Source: a virus (taxonomy: Duplodnaviria; Heunggongvirae; Uroviricota; Caudoviricetes). From it: 64,000 bases of DNA. The stretch's first letter is position 1, and each line of letters opens with the position of its first letter. The notes beneath the pieces were generated by a model. The model was not told where the DNA came from. It saw only the letters and a list, made by a program, of their open reading frames with translations, and did not search any database. This document shows positions 8,892-17,987 of this stretch, piece by piece. Made by a program: the position numbers and the translations under genes. The DNA lies in the IMG/VR virus record IMGVR_UViG_3300014208_000030, positions 104,076-168,075 of that record. One strand, 5' to 3'.

Positions 8892-9212
8892 CTACATTTC
8901 TTCATAACTTATTCCAAACAACCAAAATGTGAGAAACAGATGTGAGAAACAGATGTGAGAAACACGGGCAAAAATCCGGCAAAGGTTCTCACATCTGTTT
9001 CCATAACTTACTCCTCCGGTTTGACCCCCAACAAGTGCCTCGATATCCAGTTCGATAGTGGCAATGAGGGTGATGGAAAATCCTTCGGCTTGCGCAATCA
9101 GTCCATGCGATTCCATATCATGCAGCAAGTCGCCGTCGAAGGATTCGTAGAACCATTTTTTCATCGCAGCAATCGCCTGATCTTTTGTAATTAATTCAGA
9201 CCCAACGTCCAT
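8892..9212 (-). CDS. hypothetical protein (106 aa); C-terminal part reads through the 13-bp repeat array
   Basis: ORF on the gene-dense - strand; 3' end overlaps iteron-like repeats so the true extent is uncertain. Confidence 0.3.
   Translation of the reverse strand: MDVGSELITKDQAIAAMKKWFYESFDGDLLHDMESHGLIAQAEGFSITLIATIELDIEALVGGQTGGVSYGNRCENLCRIFARVSHICFSHLFLTFWLFGISYEEM
8927..9001. repeat. 13-bp motif ATGTGAGAAACAG x3 direct (8927-8965) plus inverted copy (8987-9001)
   Basis: read directly; located between the HNH gene start and the next - strand gene. Confidence 0.8.
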
Positions 9213-9215
9213 AGA

Positions 9216-9596
9216 TTATTCCAAACCCTCTTCCACAGCACTCTTCTTATGCCACATCAAACCAACATGAGAAACAGGTTCGAAACCAGCTTCGCGCAAC
9301 TCGTTCTCGTCAGATGCATTTGCAAGCAAGTCAGCGAACAGGTTCCCACCCATCGGCTGAATAGAAGCCAACTCAGCCATCATCTTGGGAATATCCACTC
9401 GCCGCAAGTTTGCAACCAGTTCTGCCTCCTTGGAAAATGATGGCGAAGCATAGATTTCATTGAAGTTTTTCATATTCATCTCCTGTTTCAGGTCGTTCCG
9501 GATGCCTTCCCATAGTTTATCCAAGGCGGCTTCGTCGTCATCGTTCAGGTCTTTATTCATAGCTTCATTCCTATTATTTTTTGTTGCGTATTCCAT
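9216..9596 (-). CDS. hypothetical acidic protein (126 aa)
   Basis: ORF, co-directional with neighbours. Confidence 0.5.
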   Translation of the reverse strand: MEYATKNNRNEAMNKDLNDDDEAALDKLWEGIRNDLKQEMNMKNFNEIYASPSFSKEAELVANLRRVDIPKMMAELASIQPMGGNLFADLLANASDENELREAGFEPVSHVGLMWHKKSAVEEGLE

Positions 9597-9757
9597 TTAC
9601 ATATTGCTTTGTGTCTTGTTAAGCATTTTCCCGTGGCCACATGATTTTTATCGCAAATAACTCTATAGAGCATATTAAAATCCCAGTCTATGCAGCTTGC
9701 CCGAGAGCCACATTTGGCGCATTTCTCTATCTCAGGTGTTTTTATTTTTTGATCCAT
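9557..9757 (-). CDS. hypothetical small Cys-rich (Zn-ribbon-like) protein (66 aa)
   Basis: CAKCGS...C...C pattern; overlaps next gene start by 40 nt. Confidence 0.35.
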   Translation of the reverse strand: MDQKIKTPEIEKCAKCGSRASCIDWDFNMLYRVICDKNHVATGKCLTRHKAICKWNTQQKIIGMKL

Positions 9758-9970
9758 ACTGCGCTAGAACTCTACATGGGTTCTTGCTGATGCCCACTCA
9801 ATTTGATCCCCATCACTCATTATTAACTTACCGCTTTCTACTTCTCCCTCAACGTGGTCTACAACTCTAGACAACATTCCTCTGAGAGTATCAATACTAA
9901 GAGACTCCATTTTTATTGTTACGATAACCTTATCTGCTTTCATTTTTAAATTCCTCTTTAGTTTATCTTA

Positions 9971-10783
9971 TTAAATCGCAAATGTCGTTGAGCTAAACCC
10001 AGCCGCATTCTTGTGGCCTCCACCTCCAAACTCCAGCGCTATCTTGGATACATCGAAATCTTCTATAGAGCGCAGAGAGTACAGCCATAAATTACTTGCT
10101 CCATCGAAGCAATAGGTAGCGCCAAATGTCCCAGATTCTTTGGCAAGGACATTGCCAAGTTCAGATGAATATTTTGGCGGAACATTGCAGGCCAGTCCTT
10201 CTATACCGGAAAGAGTTATTTTATGACTGTTCTTGGCAAATCCTTCAATGTCCTGATTGAAAACTTGAAGTAGATCACGCCCTCTATCAGCCAGTTCATT
10301 TGCACCTAATTCACCTAAATTAAAACTCCACGACTCAAACTCCATTGGAATAAATGCTCTCAATGCAGCAGTAAATGCTTTCGTATTATCATGCTTAAAG
10401 AGCCACAAATCACGATCTTGAATAAGCTCAAGACCAACAGGGCAAGGATAGGAGTGAAAATACTCCCAAGCCATTATTGCGCCCGATCTACTCATATCGA
10501 AGATGGCATAATCTAGTCCATCCAAATCTTCCTGAGCAGACTTGTGATGATCCAGAACCAGCAATGACTTAGCACTGGCTTTCATTTCTTCAAGAACGGC
10601 TCTCTTGTAGCTGAAATCGAGTATATATACATCCCTGCCAGTAACAATAGGAGGTGAAATACCATATTGTACGGGAATGTATTCGGCAGAATCACCAAAC
10701 TTTACCCATGCTGCATAGGCGGCTCCAAATCCGTCTAGGCAGTTAGCATGGTATAACACTAAAATATTTTTATTTGCTTTCAT
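9971..10783 (-). CDS. DHH-family phosphoesterase (DHH + DHHA1; NrnA/nanoRNase-like)
   Basis: Motifs HANCLDGFGAA (I), ILDFSY (II), VLDHHK (DHH, III), GGGGHKNAAGF (DHHA1 GGGH); track start is TTG, ATG at 10783. Confidence 0.75.
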   Translation of the reverse strand: MKANKNILVLYHANCLDGFGAAYAAWVKFGDSAEYIPVQYGISPPIVTGRDVYILDFSYKRAVLEEMKASAKSLLVLDHHKSAQEDLDGLDYAIFDMSRSGAIMAWEYFHSYPCPVGLELIQDRDLWLFKHDNTKAFTAALRAFIPMEFESWSFNLGELGANELADRGRDLLQVFNQDIEGFAKNSHKITLSGIEGLACNVPPKYSSELGNVLAKESGTFGATYCFDGASNLWLYSLRSIEDFDVSKIALEFGGGGHKNAAGFSSTTFAI

Positions 10784-10784
10784 T

Positions 10785-11171
10785 TTATTTCTCAATGATC
10801 TTGCGGCCGTGGGTTAAGTTAAAAAATTTTTTGGTTGCTGGTATCCATTCTCGCCAAGTGTCTGCCCAAGGACTTCTTATGGTGAACAGCCACGTCACGC
10901 CGGTAGAATCCACTTTATGAAAATCGGTGCGGCGGGTGATGAACGGGCGAAATGGTTTATATTGCCTTACCTTACCATTAATCATGTGCTCTGTCAAGCT
11001 GCCTTTGATGATGAACGACCAACAATTGAAGGCGTGGGTGTGATAGGCTTGGCGGCTGTTCCCGTCAAACTTGAGCAGGGCAATGGAGAATAAGGATTTA
11101 CTCTCGATGAGCCAATAACCGGTGACGGTGGATTCGGCACCGCCGTCTTTGCCTTTGAATAATAATTTCAT
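10785..11171 (-). CDS. hypothetical protein (start moved to MKLLFKG)
   Basis: ATG 11171 follows the stop of the upstream gene by 1 nt. Confidence 0.45.
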   Translation of the reverse strand: MKLLFKGKDGGAESTVTGYWLIESKSLFSIALLKFDGNSRQAYHTHAFNCWSFIIKGSLTEHMINGKVRQYKPFRPFITRRTDFHKVDSTGVTWLFTIRSPWADTWREWIPATKKFFNLTHGRKIIEK

Positions 11172-11172
11172 G

Positions 11173-11841
11173 CTAGCCCTCGCAGTCTGGGAAGGCACAA
11201 AACGGAAAGCCCATTGTGCATCTACCATCGACCCTGTTGCTGCATGCTTTCTGTTCTGGTGGATCGATCAGCTCAAGTACGTCTAAATTATTGTATCTGG
11301 CAAACTCTGGGAAGATGAAATCCTCCTCGGTATGATTGGAGACAAACCCCATTGTATCGAAGTACGGGTGTTTCACGATCGCATAGAGACCATCGTAAAG
11401 GTAGATGCCAATCGGTGAATCATAGGGTTTAAACTCACGATTAAATCTTCTGGCACCGTCCTCTGTCTCCCGCCCAGCATAGAAATAGATATTGCCATAC
11501 CGGATGTTTGTCCCCCCGCGTCGGGTAACCCGTGCTACATTGTTTCTGGCCCGCTGGATATCCACGATATTACCCACATACACCTTTGGGAGTGTCTTCA
11601 GGATATTGACAACTACCTGATCGAGCTCAGCCTCAGTGTACTTGAAATCAGAGTATTGGATTGGGTATTTTTTGAGCTCAAGCGACATAGAGCCATCCCC
11701 ACCTTGCATCTCAAAAAACCACGCATGCTGGTTTGTATCCGGCAATACGAATGGCTTAAACACATCAGATATTCTCATTCCTCTTTCGGCTCCCAGGTGA
11801 ACTCTTCTTTGGTCATGTATCAGTTCTTTTTCTGCACTCAT
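11173..11841 (-). CDS. hypothetical protein (~222 aa)
   Basis: long ORF; start set to MSAEKEL overlapping upstream stop. Confidence 0.5.
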   Translation of the reverse strand: MSAEKELIHDQRRVHLGAERGMRISDVFKPFVLPDTNQHAWFFEMQGGDGSMSLELKKYPIQYSDFKYTEAELDQVVVNILKTLPKVYVGNIVDIQRARNNVARVTRRGGTNIRYGNIYFYAGRETEDGARRFNREFKPYDSPIGIYLYDGLYAIVKHPYFDTMGFVSNHTEEDFIFPEFARYNNLDVLELIDPPEQKACSNRVDGRCTMGFPFCAFPDCEG

Positions 11842-12227
11842 GCTGTTGGCTCCACATATTTTATGCAATGCTTCCACCCAATTCTTCTCGTCTCATTGTA
11901 GCTTGTTCTGCCATCAGCCCATACCTCCGCCTTTCCTGTCCTGCCCGTTCCGGCAAAGTATGATTTATATTGTCTAGTATCATCCTCCCACACCAGAACT
12001 TTGTCATCGATTTGAAAATCGGCATATGGCGAGACTTCGATTAGGTCATTAGTCGATGCAACTCCGCGCATAGCTTGACCGCCTTCTCCCCATGAAGCCA
12101 GTTGCCAACCAGAAGTTGTTTTGTATGCGCCATGTACAACATTTGTTAATAGCTCGCTTTCATAAACCTCATAAATCTTAACTTCTGTTCCATCAACTAA
12201 CGTGTACTTCTTGTTCTTGTCGATCAT
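11838..12227 (-). CDS. hypothetical protein, member of small paralog family (N-term MIDxNKKYTL, C-term W.HCIKY.E)
   Basis: shares N- and C-terminal blocks with 12511-12903 and C-terminus with 12900-13046. Confidence 0.55.
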   Translation of the reverse strand: MIDKNKKYTLVDGTEVKIYEVYESELLTNVVHGAYKTTSGWQLASWGEGGQAMRGVASTNDLIEVSPYADFQIDDKVLVWEDDTRQYKSYFAGTGRTGKAEVWADGRTSYNETRRIGWKHCIKYVEPTA

Positions 12228-12229
12228 GT

Positions 12230-12514
12230 TTATTCCTGATTGGTTTGTGTTAGTTGATCCTGACGAATATATCCAGATCCACCATTAATTCCGTAACAAT
12301 ATGCATGAGTGTCGTGATCTAATCCAACAACCTGTACGCTAGATCCTTCGGTAATTCTTCTACATATCCCAACTTTAGTAGTATATACGCCCATGTGAAC
12401 AATCTCTTTACCATCTGCATCTATTAGCATATTTGCTCCTGTTTGGTTTAGGTTATGTTGTGGGCTTTTTCGATGGCTCAGTACTTCGTTTATTTCTATT
12501 TCTAGTTTTCTCAT
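12230..12514 (-). CDS. hypothetical protein (~94 aa, start MRKLEIEI)
   Basis: ORF; track start overlaps upstream gene and was trimmed. Confidence 0.45.
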   Translation of the reverse strand: MRKLEIEINEVLSHRKSPQHNLNQTGANMLIDADGKEIVHMGVYTTKVGICRRITEGSSVQVVGLDHDTHAYCYGINGGSGYIRQDQLTQTNQE

Positions 12515-12903
12515 TTTGAGTCCTCTATGTATTTTATGCAATGATCCCAACTATTCTTAACACCATCTTTTGTACTAAATGAGGTTCTCCCATATTCCCA
12601 AGTTTGTGGTCTGCCGTGCTCAGTGACTCCGGCAAAATGCTGCCGGTGCATGCGCTGTGGGAGGTATTCGTCCCACACAATCACTTTGTCGTCGATGACG
12701 AAATCGGCATATGGGCTCACTTCGATCATGTCGAAGTTTGATGTGTCCTTGTTGTTATAAAATGCTCCATCTTCTGCGCAGCATGTTATTGCGCATCTGG
12801 CATTCCTGTGCCTGTATGAGCCAATAACAAACCCATCTAAGATTGCGTGGAGATCAACAGGTATTCCGTTTCTTAGGGTATATTTTTTGTTTAGATCAAT
12901 CAT
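12511..12903 (-). CDS. hypothetical protein, paralog of 11838-12227 (start MIDLNKKYTL)
   Basis: SPYADF.IDDKV.VW and W.HCIKY.E blocks conserved between the paralogs. Confidence 0.55.
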   Translation of the reverse strand: MIDLNKKYTLRNGIPVDLHAILDGFVIGSYRHRNARCAITCCAEDGAFYNNKDTSNFDMIEVSPYADFVIDDKVIVWDEYLPQRMHRQHFAGVTEHGRPQTWEYGRTSFSTKDGVKNSWDHCIKYIEDSK

Positions 12904-13046
12904 GCTTCTGGCTCCACATATTTTTCGCAATGGTTCCAGAGCACTTTATGATTCGCACCATCTCCATCGATACTGAATGATGTGCCTTCGCCCATGTCAA
13001 TTAGTCTCGCAAACTCTCTGAATAAATCACTTCTTTTAATTGTCAT
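12900..13046 (-). CDS. small hypothetical protein (48 aa, below track cut-off) sharing C-terminus ...WNHCEKYVEPEA with the paralog family
   Basis: ATG 13046 preceded by gggaggag SD; stop overlaps next ATG (ATGA). Confidence 0.35.
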   Translation of the reverse strand: MTIKRSDLFREFARLIDMGEGTSFSIDGDGANHKVLWNHCEKYVEPEA

Positions 13047-13081
13047 CGGGTCTCCTCCCGTTGTTTTGTTTTAAAATAAGA

Positions 13082-13456
13082 TTAGGAGCGTAGCCGGTTG
13101 GCCTTTGCTACAGCGGCCTCGATAGCACGGGCGAACTCATATGAGCTGAGCCCCTGCACTGCTAAAATTTCCGACGCGATTTCGCACACTTCGTCTTCGC
13201 TGAGTGGAATCAGTTTTTGTGGTGATGTATAGAGCGGAATTTTATAGCCATCTTTGTGCTCAGGTCTAACAGGGTCAACCCAAACATCTGCTGTTTCATC
13301 ATCAAACCACGCGAATGGGTCAGGTTCTGGTTTCGCCAACTCTGCTCTAATCTCTTCTGCAATATCAATCATTTCGACATGTAGCTCCAGACCATACCCA
13401 AAATATTTTTCTTGGGTATCTAGTACATTCTTTAGTATTTCTCTTTCTTTACTCAT
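13082..13456 (-). CDS. hypothetical protein, copy 2 of tandemly duplicated gene (start MSKEREILK)
   Basis: N-terminus and ~100 nt of upstream DNA near-identical to 13701-14069 copy; shared block IRAELAKPEP. Confidence 0.55.
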   Translation of the reverse strand: MSKEREILKNVLDTQEKYFGYGLELHVEMIDIAEEIRAELAKPEPDPFAWFDDETADVWVDPVRPEHKDGYKIPLYTSPQKLIPLSEDEVCEIASEILAVQGLSSYEFARAIEAAVAKANRLRS

Positions 13457-13585
13457 CTCTTTATCTCCGGTAACGGTAGCCATGCAATAGCTTGAGAAAT
13501 TCCAACAACAGCACCACCTATAGGTGATACGACAGACCACCTTCCAAGTTGATATTCGGCTCTTAAAACATTTCCTGTTGCGCGT

Positions 13586-13786
13586 TTAATTAATATTATC
13601 TTTTCTATCGGCGCTGACTCCATAGGTTGCCACGGTGCAATATCCCACCATTCCTGCCCACTCCACTTGATCCGCTATGGCAATGGTGGGAAATAGATGC
13701 TTATTCAATTCCATGTGCCTTTTCGATAGCTCTTGCAAATAATATTTGTATATTGTCTTTGCTATTAAATTTTGGGATTCCTGCAT
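13586..13786 (-). pseudogene. frameshifted remnant of a duplicated copy of the 3' end of gene 14066-14680
   Basis: nt 13600-13650 match 14225-14285 (ataggttgccacggtgcaatatcccaccattcctgcccactcca) but the reading frame is shifted. Confidence 0.45.
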
Positions 13787-14069
13787 AGATTTTACGTATT
13801 TCGGAATCTGTTAGCGGAATCTGGTTTTGTGGTTCAGCATACAGTCGCACCGTGGTTTCGTCGGCATGCTCCTCATTTATCTGGATGTAGCTGAAGCCTC
13901 CTCGCTTACTTGGATACACATCAAAGTACCCAGACGGTGTTGGTTCTGGTTTTGCTAGCTCTGCTCTGATTTCAGCTAAGTACATCTCAGGAAAATACCA
14001 ATCACCCTCCACCAAATATGTCTCGATGCTGTCCGCTAATCGTTCTAATAATTCTCTTTCTTTGCTCAT
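13701..14069 (-). CDS. hypothetical protein, copy 1 of duplicated gene (start MSKERELLERL)
   Basis: paralog of 13082-13456. Confidence 0.55.
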   Translation of the reverse strand: MSKERELLERLADSIETYLVEGDWYFPEMYLAEIRAELAKPEPTPSGYFDVYPSKRGGFSYIQINEEHADETTVRLYAEPQNQIPLTDSEIRKIYAGIPKFNSKDNIQILFARAIEKAHGIE

Positions 14070-14680
14070 CTCTTTATCTCCGGTAACGGTAGCCACCCAA
14101 TTGGGCTTATGATAATTGTGTTGTCGGGCAGTGCCCAGTGCCCATCCCCAACATTGCGTGCGCCGTGGTAAATATACCCACCCATACTCTTGACCATTAT
14201 AGGTTCCCAATCATCCGGCGCACTATCCATAGGTTGCCACGGTGCAATATCCCACCATTCCTGCCCACTCCACTCTCTCGGCGATGGCGTAAACTCACTA
14301 ATCAACTCATCCAGAATTTGTTCTTTCGATATCAGGTCAGTATGGTCTGTGTTGATTTCTTCCCTGAGTTGCTTGATAGCATCGCTGGCCTCGGTGAGGA
14401 GCCGGTAAAGGCAGTTCTCGCCATGGTAGCGGATATCGGGTGTCTTGGTTAGGCAGGAGCATGCGCCCACCGATGCCAACAATAGTCTAAGTTTTAAGTT
14501 ACTCACTTCGGCATGCTCGCTATTGTGTAGTTCTAGCTCAGGGATTGCCAGCAATTGTGCTATACGATCACTTACTCTGTTCGCCTCGCCCCAGTCCATA
14601 CGCCCAGTCCGCTCGGCTTCTATGAGCTGCCGTGCCTGTTTCAGTAAATCTCTTTCTTCACTCACTTCGGTACTCCCCAT
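14066..14680 (-). CDS. hypothetical protein (~205 aa; start MGSTEVSEERDLL)
   Basis: ORF; its C-terminal coding DNA is partly duplicated at 13586-13680. Confidence 0.5.
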   Translation of the reverse strand: MGSTEVSEERDLLKQARQLIEAERTGRMDWGEANRVSDRIAQLLAIPELELHNSEHAEVSNLKLRLLLASVGACSCLTKTPDIRYHGENCLYRLLTEASDAIKQLREEINTDHTDLISKEQILDELISEFTPSPREWSGQEWWDIAPWQPMDSAPDDWEPIMVKSMGGYIYHGARNVGDGHWALPDNTIIISPIGWLPLPEIKR

Positions 14681-14891
14681 TGCGAAAAATTTGCCAACCA
14701 TATAGGAAGGAATGTATTATATCACCTTCCTCTGGTACTCTTGGTTCATCTGATATGTTTAAAGTATACACCTTCGGCGTGTAATTTGCAATAGGCTGAA
14801 CCCCAAATATTGCATCAGACATACCAGGAAGCCCTTGCATGCCTTTGAATAATGGTACTCGTACTACTGGATATTCCTGATTATTTTGCAT
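14658..14891 (-). CDS. hypothetical protein (77 aa)
   Basis: ORF only. Confidence 0.35.
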   Translation of the reverse strand: MQNNQEYPVVRVPLFKGMQGLPGMSDAIFGVQPIANYTPKVYTLNISDEPRVPEEGDIIHSFLYGWQIFRNGEYRSE

Positions 14892-15099
14892 TCGATTCTT
14901 TCTTTAATAGTTTCCGGTGGGATTTGTATCCACAGTTATCGCACTTTTTGCCAGCATACACCAAATTAGCATCGCAACCACAGCACCAATAGGCACCATG
15001 CTTGACCGGAGTCATTGCGGTCTGCCTATTGGTTTTAGTGAATGGTGTATCTGTTATTGAAGTTGCCATTATATTGATCCAGCGTGACGAATGATACAT
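14881..15099 (-). CDS. hypothetical Zn-ribbon protein (72 aa; CCGC...CDNCG)
   Basis: two Cys pairs. Confidence 0.4.
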   Translation of the reverse strand: MYHSSRWINIMATSITDTPFTKTNRQTAMTPVKHGAYWCCGCDANLVYAGKKCDNCGYKSHRKLLKKESNAK

Positions 15100-15196
15100 A
15101 TCTGTATGGTTATAATCAGAGCAGCAAGATCAAGATTGTACTGATACGACAGAATCCATTCTTCCCATAGGTGATTAAAATTTATTGAGGTTGCCA

Positions 15197-15556
15197 TTAT
15201 GCACCAATAACGCCATGACACATAGCTAGAATAAGCTGTTTTACAAACGCATTAGCTTCTTTGCTATCGTAAGAATTAACACAATCATCTTCGTCAAGTT
15301 CGCCTTTTAAATATCCATGCTTTATTAGCGGAGAAATTAATTCGTAATGCCATCCACTATTCCCAAACGGACGCTTGCCACTAAAGCCATCTTTTTCATA
15401 CCATAGCGTTTCTAGCAAAGATCTTAAGTAATCTCTTACGGTAATGTTGTTACCGGCATCACTATCAAACCGAATATCCAATGCGGATAATAAGCTCTTG
15501 TCCTGTGCCGGTTCAGTGAAGGGAACGTATAAAATACCATCTACTATTATTTCCAT
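15197..15556 (-). CDS. hypothetical protein (119 aa)
   Basis: ORF, overlaps next by 1 nt (operon-like). Confidence 0.5.
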   Translation of the reverse strand: MEIIVDGILYVPFTEPAQDKSLLSALDIRFDSDAGNNITVRDYLRSLLETLWYEKDGFSGKRPFGNSGWHYELISPLIKHGYLKGELDEDDCVNSYDSKEANAFVKQLILAMCHGVIGA

Positions 15557-15801
15557 TATTGTTCGCCTTGTTGCTCCGGAATATTGTTGTTTTTAATTAA
15601 GAGCCCGAATGCGGCCACATTGATGTCTCTCGATACGGTATTCGCCCCATCCATAATCAACCATCGAACTAAGTTTACCAAGTCACGTTTGCTATGTCGC
15701 TCCCCAACCAGTTTCATTGCCATAGAATCAGCATCATATGCCGCATCGCTATCGACCATAGTTGGGTGGCTATTTTCTATTTCTTTTTCGTAGGTCATCA
15801 T
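15556..15801 (-). CDS. hypothetical protein (81 aa)
   Basis: ORF, translationally coupled. Confidence 0.45.
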   Translation of the reverse strand: MMTYEKEIENSHPTMVDSDAAYDADSMAMKLVGERHSKRDLVNLVRWLIMDGANTVSRDINVAAFGLLIKNNNIPEQQGEQ

Positions 15802-16070
15802 TTCACCAAAATCACTTCGAAAAATTCGCGCATAGGGAATTCATAACGCTCAACATCTAAGATTTCGGACAAATATTCGGCAACAGTATCGGTACACAAG
15901 AGATACTTTACATCATCTGAGCTCTCAGATATGTGAAATTGTACTAGATCATATTGATCCGGCGACAGTTCTATAACTACGAATGTGCCATCAGTATAAA
16001 TTTTCATTTCTTTGTTCTCGCTAGTGGATGGTTTCATCATCAAAATCTCTCTTCGCCATAATAACTTCAC
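15798..16070 (-). CDS. hypothetical protein (90 aa)
   Basis: ORF, 4-nt overlap with neighbour. Confidence 0.45.
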   Translation of the reverse strand: MKLLWRREILMMKPSTSENKEMKIYTDGTFVVIELSPDQYDLVQFHISESSDDVKYLLCTDTVAEYLSEILDVERYEFPMREFFEVILVK

Positions 16071-16293
16071 CGGTCAGCTCTTCTTCTGTCCAGCCACACT
16101 CCAGCATGATTCCCAATACGTGCCTGAGCACACTATGGGTACAGACTATAAAATCAAATCCTTCCAGTGAGTTTTCCTCAAGATCAAAAAGGTCATCTAG
16201 TGCTTTTATCGCATGCCTATTGCAGACATCCAAATCTACGTCATATGGCTCGCCGTCATTATCATGCAATATCATAATATTCTTTTCTGTCAT
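16021..16293 (-). CDS. hypothetical acidic protein (90 aa)
   Basis: ORF. Confidence 0.45.
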   Translation of the reverse strand: MTEKNIMILHDNDGEPYDVDLDVCNRHAIKALDDLFDLEENSLEGFDFIVCTHSVLRHVLGIMLECGWTEEELTGEVIMAKRDFDDETIH

Positions 16294-16470
16294 GCTGCTA
16301 CCTCCTTTAAGTGTTTTGTTATTCTTAGCTTTGCAGCCACGATATTCTTAACTTGGTGGACATTATCCCCTATAAACACACGAGTTACTGTCCTAGGAGA
16401 GCCACTCATGCCCAAGTTGATAAAATCTACCTCTATTTTAAAACCTTTGTATTCTCTAACCATATTTTAC

Positions 16471-16740
16471 CTAACTTTTACTGGTGTATTGTTCGAACTC
16501 ACATTTGCCAAGCCTCGATATTACGATGTTTATGCTGTCGGTGAATGTATCGCCAGTTCTGGTATTCTTTAAAGTGACCTTCTGTGCGTATACGTGACCT
16601 CTGCGGCCACCGCTACGAAAAAATGGGGATGTGACTTCTATGATATCCCCAACTTGCAAATTTTTAAATAAATTGAATTTAGAAACACCGATATACGGTG
16701 CTTTTATTATGAGTGTTTGTTCTAAGTTTATTGCAGTCAT
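16471..16740 (-). CDS. hypothetical protein (89 aa)
   Basis: ORF. Confidence 0.45.
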   Translation of the reverse strand: MTAINLEQTLIIKAPYIGVSKFNLFKNLQVGDIIEVTSPFFRSGGRRGHVYAQKVTLKNTRTGDTFTDSINIVISRLGKCEFEQYTSKS

Positions 16741-16807
16741 GGATATACTCCGTCTTAGTGGCGATTAAAGATTAGAGTATATCATGGGGCGTGTTCTGTG
16801 TCAATAC

Positions 16808-17203
16808 TTAAGCATCTGGCAATTCATCCCAAACGGCCAATATGGCTAGTAAGTCCTCTTTTGTATATGCATCTTGCAAATATACCCCATATTGCCCAAG
16901 CTTTGGGCACTTACGGCTTTTCGCGAGCAATTTCCATGCATCTTCTTTGGTGAGTGCTGGGTCTGGTAATAATATAGTCTCATCAGTCTTGCCATAATGT
17001 CCGTCTACAATCCAATCTCTCGCATCAATAAAAGTCGAATTCGTCAGCGTAATTAATTTGCTATCGCCGCTATCGAGAACTATAGAGTAGTGTTCGTCTT
17101 TGACATTTGGTATTGCTTCATATCTTTTTCCGAACGTTAGTTGCGCCTCTCGCCCATGCGGTACCATTGGTGGAGTCACCCATATTGTTTTGTTGTTATT
17201 CAT
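16808..17203 (-). CDS. hypothetical protein (131 aa)
   Basis: ORF. Confidence 0.5.
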   Translation of the reverse strand: MNNNKTIWVTPPMVPHGREAQLTFGKRYEAIPNVKDEHYSIVLDSGDSKLITLTNSTFIDARDWIVDGHYGKTDETILLPDPALTKEDAWKLLAKSRKCPKLGQYGVYLQDAYTKEDLLAILAVWDELPDA

Positions 17204-17426
17204 ACTTATTCTTCTTCGTCCCGCTCAAATTCATCATCAAAAAATCCATCGGAGGAGCCATCGTAAATCTTATTCGCGCAACTTTGCAAGCTACTCTTCA
17301 AGCACTTCACCGGTAACCGCCCAATTCCCAGTAGTCATCTCAATTATATCGGCCGCATCGTTCTGCAGATCAATGGCTAACATTTCTGCTGCAGTTGTGC
17401 AGTCAGGATAACTCTTTGGATTTGCT

Positions 17427-17888
17427 TCATATTCTATGGTGCATGTAACTACTAGTCGCAATTTTGCCATTATCCTTGATCCTCATTGTTGGTGCCAGTA
17501 ACGCTGCCCTGTGCTTCAGTGCATTTTCTTCGGTCAGGTGAATGACTCCAAAATCCAACCACATGTACTCGGCACCAAAGTCCTTCCACTGATATTTTGC
17601 AACCCCAGTATCCATCAATGATGCTACATAATAGGTTTCGCCCAGCTTCAGAGGATTTCTGTGTGGCTCCGGAACTTCTATACCATTGATTGTCACTGTA
17701 TTCATCTTAATCTCAAAATTTCCAAATCCACCTATATCGCTGAATGCCTCACCAGCAAACCCGAATAGTGACTTCACAATAATTATGTTTCCACTTGCAC
17801 CATCATACTTTATTTCTACACCATTAGTCTTGCTCTCCAGCGTGTCGCCATTAAGCAATGCCAGCATAAATTCTTTATGATTTTTCAT
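17427..17888 (-). CDS. hypothetical protein (~153 aa; start MKNHKEF)
   Basis: ORF. Confidence 0.5.
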   Translation of the reverse strand: MKNHKEFMLALLNGDTLESKTNGVEIKYDGASGNIIIVKSLFGFAGEAFSDIGGFGNFEIKMNTVTINGIEVPEPHRNPLKLGETYYVASLMDTGVAKYQWKDFGAEYMWLDFGVIHLTEENALKHRAALLAPTMRIKDNGKIATSSYMHHRI

Positions 17889-17987
17889 ATTAATCCCACG
17901 ATGCTGTAATAATAACAAATTCAACCACAACAAGAAGCCATTCTCCTAGTGCGGCACCACCCCATTTAATCTCTTCCCATATTACCT

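Noticed and set aside
8955-9194. 79-aa + strand ORF
   Set aside because: Antisense within the - strand gene block; no RBS.
11850-12930. Conserved ATAAAATA-containing 19-mer read as a variant late promoter
   Set aside because: It is the coding sequence of the conserved C-terminal HCIKYVE block of a paralog family, in frame in each copy.
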